Shown here: positions 58,711 to 64,000 of the stretch, one piece after another
Layout of the letters: the number at the start of each line of letters is the position of its first letter
How positions within the stretch are numbered: position 1 is the first letter of the stretch
Assembly (NCBI GenBank): GCA_001794755.1
Contig: MGKT01000006.1
Location: forward strand, 40,700 to 104,699
Reading direction: 5' to 3'
From: Candidatus Yanofskybacteria bacterium RIFCSPLOWO2_02_FULL_44_18
GTDB taxonomy: Bacteria; Patescibacteriota; Minisyncoccia; 2-02-FULL-40-12; GWA2-44-9
Length of the DNA stretch: 64,000 bases
The notes under the pieces: generated by a model
The model's database searches: none
Seen by the model: the letters and a program-made list of their open reading frames with translations, nothing else
What the model was told of the DNA's origin: nothing
Translations under genes and position numbers: made by a program

Positions 58711-60357
58711 TTAGATCTCCGTACAATTAAATATATATGAATTGATATTTTTATCGTTGAATTGCTTGTCTAATTTGCACCTTTCAAGCAAAGGCCAGTA
58801 TCTTCCATTTTTATCAATGGCCGGAAAATCAACGACCATATAATAACCTTTATAAGCATTAAATCTCGGCAAATAGTCGCGAGAGGGAGCGGTAAAAAAT
58901 CTTCCCGCGGATTTATCAGCCAAGATAAGATGATAATTCCCTATATCGTAATATGTTGTCACGTCCTTAATTTTAGGATTATTCAGAACATATTTGACTG
59001 ATGCATCAGCCACCTTCGGGACACTTCCGAATAAACCGCCCAATAAATATTCATTTAAGAATAAAATATTGTAACCGACGCCAATAATAATAAAACCGAG
59101 GATAAATTTTTGTTTGTGAACTTTAGACAATAATCCCGAAATCAATAACACGGCCGCGGCAAGCCATGACCATAATACATATTGGGCGGAAAAATAAAAT
59201 CCGACCGGACCAGAACCGCCGGTGAACGGTATTAGAAAATTGAAGTCTAAATTCTTTATGTGATTTACATAGTTTACTTTCGGGTCAAGCGGCAATACGC
59301 TGTGGGGCATCAATAAGATAACGACGGAAAACAAAATAAACGCCGCTGCAATTAAAAATATTTTCTTAGACTCTTTACGCCAATTAAAGCCGTCCATCAA
59401 TTCAACCAATATTCCAGCCGAAATTATACAACATGGAATAATCAAAAACATCAGGTATCTCTCGACTGTTAATTTCGCGAAATCAAACAAAACCAAATAA
59501 AATATCAGGTTAAAAAACAGAAATACATACCAAAACCGATATCTTTTGACGGTTTCTTGTTTAAATAATCCAGCGATAACCGGCAGGAGAAGAAGTGGAG
59601 AAAGCCAAACAAATGATTTTAAAATTTTGAACGACAACTCAAAGTAAGCCCGAGACGCAAAGTTTAGCGACTGAAAATGTCGGCCGTACTCAATCACGGT
59701 ATTTATTTCACCAAGATTGAAAGAATATAAAGCCGCCGCCAATAAAGCAAAGATGCCAAAAAATTTTAAGACACTAATGGAAACTTTCTTAATATTCAGC
59801 CGGCCAGAATAAAATATCGTAAAAAAATAATCAACAATTAACGCCCCGATAAAAATAATAAAGCTTAATTTAGTAAGAAATCCTCCCGCGATTCCTATTC
59901 CAAAAACAATCCACCACATTTTCTTATTTCCCGAAAGTAGCTCGAGATAAGCGTAATAAGCCAGCAATATAAAAAATGGCAAAATCGCGCCGTCGATATC
60001 TATTTGCAAACTGGCAATGGCGCTATATACGCTTAGGATGTATAGCAATACCCCAAGAAGAGCCGTGTTTGGTTTTTGAGTGATTTTCCAGACTATCAGA
60101 TAAATAAGCGCCAAGGACAAAAAACTGAACAACAATGGTGTAAATCTCAAGTTTTCAAATCCCAGGATATTTCCGGTCAACCTAAAAGTATATTTACCCA
60201 AAGGCGGATGCGGGCTCTCGTAGTCAAAAACGGGGTCGGCCTGCATGGCCCACTTATATTCATCTTGGTGATAAATCTGTTGAACGGCCGGAAGGCGTGT
60301 TATTAAAAAAACGCCCGCAATAAGAATAAAAATCCAAATGTTCTTATTTGTCTTCAT
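58711..60357 (-). CDS. GT-C (ArnT/PMT-like) membrane glycosyltransferase
   Basis: HQDEYKW, PHPPLG, LTK, ERYL; many TM helices. Confidence 0.8.
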   Translation of the reverse strand: MKTNKNIWIFILIAGVFLITRLPAVQQIYHQDEYKWAMQADPVFDYESPHPPLGKYTFRLTGNILGFENLRFTPLLFSFLSLALIYLIVWKITQKPNTALLGVLLYILSVYSAIASLQIDIDGAILPFFILLAYYAYLELLSGNKKMWWIVFGIGIAGGFLTKLSFIIFIGALIVDYFFTIFYSGRLNIKKVSISVLKFFGIFALLAAALYSFNLGEINTVIEYGRHFQSLNFASRAYFELSFKILKSFVWLSPLLLLPVIAGLFKQETVKRYRFWYVFLFFNLIFYLVLFDFAKLTVERYLMFLIIPCCIISAGILVELMDGFNWRKESKKIFLIAAAFILFSVVILLMPHSVLPLDPKVNYVNHIKNLDFNFLIPFTGGSGPVGFYFSAQYVLWSWLAAAVLLISGLLSKVHKQKFILGFIIIGVGYNILFLNEYLLGGLFGSVPKVADASVKYVLNNPKIKDVTTYYDIGNYHLILADKSAGRFFTAPSRDYLPRFNAYKGYYMVVDFPAIDKNGRYWPLLERCKLDKQFNDKNINSYIFNCTEI

Positions 60358-61129
60358 CGTTTCTTATTTTCAAAACATCAATTTCTTTTTCCCAATTATA
60401 TTGCCAACGGCTGTATTTTTCAATTAAATCTCGACTTTCAAATCCTGGATGACAGCCTAATTCTACAATTTTTTCCGGGTATCTTTTTCCCAATTTCTCG
60501 GCCGACTTTAAGTCTTTAATCTCTAAATTTCCGGCATTTATAAACCCAACAAAAAAATCATTGCAGGTCAGGCCGAATTTTTTAATTTTCTTTTTTGCCA
60601 GTCCAGACAGAAAATTTAGGAATAATAATTGGACTTGTCTGAATAATCTACCCTCGTTTAAGAATATAGGTTCATTAACAATCCTGATACATGGAATATC
60701 AAACTTTCTGGCCAGCTCGATAATAATATCCATAATACCCGGCAAGAGATGTAAATGCTGATGGCTATTGATAAAGGCCGGCTTTATGCCTGCTCTAGTA
60801 AGTTTATTTGTTTGCGCCTCCAGCTCTTTTCTGATGTCGCCCAACCGGATTAATCCAAGGATATATTTAATAAAAAAAATCTTATGATTTGCGGGAAAGC
60901 TTTTTAAAACGAGCGGCTGTTCTTCCACAAGCACAAAATGAATTCCTATATTGGAAGTGTTTTTTATTCTGATTAAAGCATCTTCAAACGCTTTGCCATT
61001 GGGCATTAAAGATGCGCCGTCAATTAATCTTTGCTCAAAAGCAAAAAAAATGCCGTCGTTAACAGCTTTATTAAGACCCAAATCATCAGCAATGATAAAA
61101 AAACTGCGATTAGAGTGAGTGAATGCCAT
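60344..61129 (-). CDS. ChbG/HpnK (YdjC) family carbohydrate deacetylase
   Basis: ADDLG, GIH, NSHQHLH, ELGCHPG. Confidence 0.9.
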   Translation of the reverse strand: MAFTHSNRSFFIIADDLGLNKAVNDGIFFAFEQRLIDGASLMPNGKAFEDALIRIKNTSNIGIHFVLVEEQPLVLKSFPANHKIFFIKYILGLIRLGDIRKELEAQTNKLTRAGIKPAFINSHQHLHLLPGIMDIIIELARKFDIPCIRIVNEPIFLNEGRLFRQVQLLFLNFLSGLAKKKIKKFGLTCNDFFVGFINAGNLEIKDLKSAEKLGKRYPEKIVELGCHPGFESRDLIEKYSRWQYNWEKEIDVLKIRNDEDK

Positions 61130-62090
61130 ACGATGTTTCTTTCACGCTATCCTTCTCTATATTGAATGTTTCTGAAACAATATAAAGAGGCCGCCCTTTC
61201 ACTTCATTAAACATTTTAAACATATATTCTCCTATTATTCCCAATACCATTAATTGAATACTGCCCAAAAATAAGACTATCAATGATATTGTTGCGTATC
61301 CGGCCGCTAATGGATTCGGATTCAAATAATGATCCAGGATAACAAAAATTCCCAATCCAACGCTAATTAAGAAAACAATAATTCCAATCCAGAATGATAT
61401 TCTCAATGGAAAAGCCGAAAAAGAAGTAATGCCGCTCAATACTAGTCTGGTCAATTTTTTAATACTATATTTGGGAGTTCCGGCCTTTCTTTTTTCCGCT
61501 ATGTATGTCACATATGTTTTCTCAAAACCGAGCCATTGAATCATGCCTCTCAGATACCTTTCTCTCTCCGGTAATTTTTTTAACGCTTCTATTACTGGTC
61601 TTTTATAGAGAGCGAAATCTGAGATATTCCTAAATTCCAAATTGGTAATAGCACTCATCAGCTTATAATAACTTCGGCCGAGTGCCTCCCTAAATTTAGA
61701 ATTTTGTTTGTTGTCCAATCTTTCGCCAATAACAATGTCATAACCCTCTTCAGCGTGCTTGATAAGTGTCGATATCAGAGATGGCGGATGCTGAAGGTCC
61801 CCATCCATGGTTATCACCATATCGCCCTGAGCAAAATCGATGCCGACATTGAAAGCAGCCTGATGACCAAAATTTCTTGAAAGTTTAATGATTTTAAACT
61901 TTGAATCTTTTTCGGCGGTTTTTTTAATTAATTCTAAAGTATCATCTTTTGAACCATCGTCCACTAAAATAATCTCGAAGCTTTTATTAAGATTCCCACA
62001 AACCTTATTGAGTTCTTCGAGTAAAAAAGGGATAACCTCTTCCTCATTAAAAAGCGGGACAACTATAGATAAATCAATACTTTTTGACAT
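61110..62090 (-). CDS. GT2 undecaprenyl-phosphate glycosyltransferase (GtrB/ArnC-like)
   Basis: SIVVPLFNEE, LSRNFGHQAA, MDGDLQHPP, two C-terminal TM, RPLY; start MSKS at 62090. Confidence 0.92.
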   Translation of the reverse strand: MSKSIDLSIVVPLFNEEEVIPFLLEELNKVCGNLNKSFEIILVDDGSKDDTLELIKKTAEKDSKFKIIKLSRNFGHQAAFNVGIDFAQGDMVITMDGDLQHPPSLISTLIKHAEEGYDIVIGERLDNKQNSKFREALGRSYYKLMSAITNLEFRNISDFALYKRPVIEALKKLPERERYLRGMIQWLGFEKTYVTYIAEKRKAGTPKYSIKKLTRLVLSGITSFSAFPLRISFWIGIIVFLISVGLGIFVILDHYLNPNPLAAGYATISLIVLFLGSIQLMVLGIIGEYMFKMFNEVKGRPLYIVSETFNIEKDSVKETSYGIHSL

Positions 62091-62160
62091 AATCAAATAA
62101 TACCACAAAAATCTGGATTTGTGAAGATAGGCAAAAGAATTAAATGATTAAAAAGAGATG

Positions 62161-63096
62161 CTAAATTTTTATACTTTCTTTATAGATAGAGATGGTGTCC
62201 GCCACGCCAGCCTTTAAATCAAATTTTGGCTCCCAGCCCAAGACCAATCTCGCCTTATCGTTGACGAGAGTGCCCCTTCTTTGCCTGTCAGAAACAGAGT
62301 GGGTTTTGTATTTTAATTTTTTACCGGTAGAAGCCTCCACTGCATTGATAAAATCAATCAGAGTCATCGCTCTTCCGCCGGAAATGTTAAAAATACCGTT
62401 TCCATCATGAAACATAAGTTTCTTAATACCTTCTGCCAAATCCTTCACATATGTAAAATCCAAAAGTGCTGCTTCGTTAATCTTCAGGTTGCCCTTGCCA
62501 GTCAAAGCATTTTCAATAATTATCTGCGGCACGCGATTGTTAAAATCTCCCGCACCATAGACCGAAGTTGTCCTGATTATGCCGTAATTGTTCGAGAATG
62601 ATTTAATCAAATATTCACTGGCGGCCTTACCAATCCCATAATGAGATGACGGATCAAGGTGCATGATTTCCGTGGCAGCATGGTCAAAATGACCCATCGC
62701 AAAAAGGGATGACATATAAACAATGCGGGCATTGAATTTCTCATTTGCCTTTAGGACATTTACAATTCCCGAGGCTTCAACCGAAAACTGCTCGAACTTA
62801 TCTGGATAATTAGCAAAAGGGATGCTGGCTAAAAATACAATGATATCCGGTTTTTCTTTATTGATGAATCGCTCAACTTGTTTCGGGTCCCTGACGTCGC
62901 CTTTGACTTGCCTCACGTCGGCCAAAAGTTTTTTCCTAAAATTCATTACTTTGGCCGTCCTTTTTGGGTCGTAGTCACTAAACTTTTTATGGATATCAAA
63001 TGTGACGATATCGCCATGGTCTGATTTAAGCAAATTTATCAGCCATGAACTTATAAAACCGTTACCTCCAAAAATAACTATTTTGGGATTTATCAT
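62161..63096 (-). CDS. NAD-dependent epimerase/dehydratase (extended SDR)
   Basis: GGNGFIS, YGIGK (YxxxK), DFTYVKD, LGWEPK. Confidence 0.88.
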   Translation of the reverse strand: MINPKIVIFGGNGFISSWLINLLKSDHGDIVTFDIHKKFSDYDPKRTAKVMNFRKKLLADVRQVKGDVRDPKQVERFINKEKPDIIVFLASIPFANYPDKFEQFSVEASGIVNVLKANEKFNARIVYMSSLFAMGHFDHAATEIMHLDPSSHYGIGKAASEYLIKSFSNNYGIIRTTSVYGAGDFNNRVPQIIIENALTGKGNLKINEAALLDFTYVKDLAEGIKKLMFHDGNGIFNISGGRAMTLIDFINAVEASTGKKLKYKTHSVSDRQRRGTLVNDKARLVLGWEPKFDLKAGVADTISIYKESIKI

Positions 63097-64000
63097 TGTT
63101 TTTGAGCAAAATTGTCTACTGTTTTTTCTATAAACTTTATCATATCCGGTGTCGTTCGAGGCGACAAACCGATGAATAAACCATTTCTAAGAACTTTGCT
63201 TGAATTCGGACAAGTGCCTAATGATTTGGCTTTGTTGCCGATTGGGTGAGATAATATATTTCCTGCGAATATCGGTCTCGTTTCAATGTTGTTTTTTGCA
63301 AAATAATTAACAAGATCTGATTTTGGAACGCCATGGATGAAAATGGGAAAAGAAAACCAGCATGGCTCGGATTTTTCTTCAGCCCGAACCGGTTTAAATA
63401 AATTCGGATATTTTGAGAAAATCCTATGGAGTTCTTTAAAATTGTTCGTTCTTATTTTTTTAAATATTTCTAATTTTTTAAGCTGAACCAATCCGACTGC
63501 GGCTTGTAGCTCTAGTGGTTTTAAATTAAAGCCCAAAACCGGATAACTGTATCTTCTGGGATAGTCGGAAGGCAAGCCGGCAAGTTGCGTCGGCGCGTCA
63601 TCTCCATCTTCCCTGCCCCAATCTCTGTATTGTCTTGCCCTGTTTGCAATTACTCCATCGCTAGTAAATACCGCTCCGCCTTCGCCAGTAGTAATGATGT
63701 GGGCGGCATGGAAAGATGTAACTGCGATATCGGCAAGCGATTCTACTGGTTTGTTGTCGTATACTCCTCCGAAGCCATCGCAATTGTCTAAAATTAATTT
63801 TGATTCATATTTTTTTGTAAGTTTTCTAATAGCGACAAGATTGGGTATGTTTCCGGCAATATTTACAGCAATAACCGCTTTAATATTCGGGTGTTTTCTA
63901 AAAGCTTTTTCCAGTTCTTTTTCATCAATATTAAATGTTTCAACTTTTGAATCAACAACAAGCGGTTTGTATCCCGCGTAAATGACTGAACTAAAAGCGG
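63093..64000 (-). CDS. Second RfbH/ColD-like PLP-dependent enzyme, 5' end beyond window
   Basis: Frame is open upstream of 63575: LDNCDGFG, SFHAAHIITTGEGG, RDWGR, GFNLK, TRPIFAGN. Confidence 0.85.
   Translation of the reverse strand, partial: AFSSVIYAGYKPLVVDSKVETFNIDEKELEKAFRKHPNIKAVIAVNIAGNIPNLVAIRKLTKKYESKLILDNCDGFGGVYDNKPVESLADIAVTSFHAAHIITTGEGGAVFTSDGVIANRARQYRDWGREDGDDAPTQLAGLPSDYPRRYSYPVLGFNLKPLELQAAVGLVQLKKLEIFKKIRTNNFKELHRIFSKYPNLFKPVRAEEKSEPCWFSFPIFIHGVPKSDLVNYFAKNNIETRPIFAGNILSHPIGNKAKSLGTCPNSSKVLRNGLFIGLSPRTTPDMIKFIEKTVDNFAQKQ

Overview
A 64-kb chromosomal segment with compact, overlapping genes in standard code 11. Gene content suggests Patescibacteria/CPR, probably Parcubacteria (inference: short AspRS, stand-alone VirD4-like ATPase with membrane partner, sigma-region-4/HTH fusion, TM0106 nuclease). 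Positions 1-36.7 kb are mostly housekeeping (lon, murE, FemAB/X-type transferase, ruvA, uvrB, rpsT, ftsW, mraY, D,D-carboxypeptidase, aspS, secDF, secA, hpf/raiA) with single orphan genes inserted. Positions 36.7-64 kb are a large surface-glycan locus running off the window. The most unusual structure lies downstream of tRNA-Lys(UUU). The tRNA 3' end occurs three times and delimits a 133-bp multi-hairpin unit and a 3,873-bp closely trimmed, apparently promoterless gene cassette. Both end in the same 54-bp arm, and no integrase is present in the window. The cassette encodes a 1,255-aa rifampicin-phosphotransferase-like dikinase with two phospho-His domains. Also notable: a 15-aa Lys/Ala peptide gene with its own promoter, structured leader and terminator; a GT4 split at its catalytic motif; a recurrent leaderless-promoter signature; and a small CxxC-CxxC protein missed by the ORF track. 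All functional calls come from motif recognition by eye; no searches were run.
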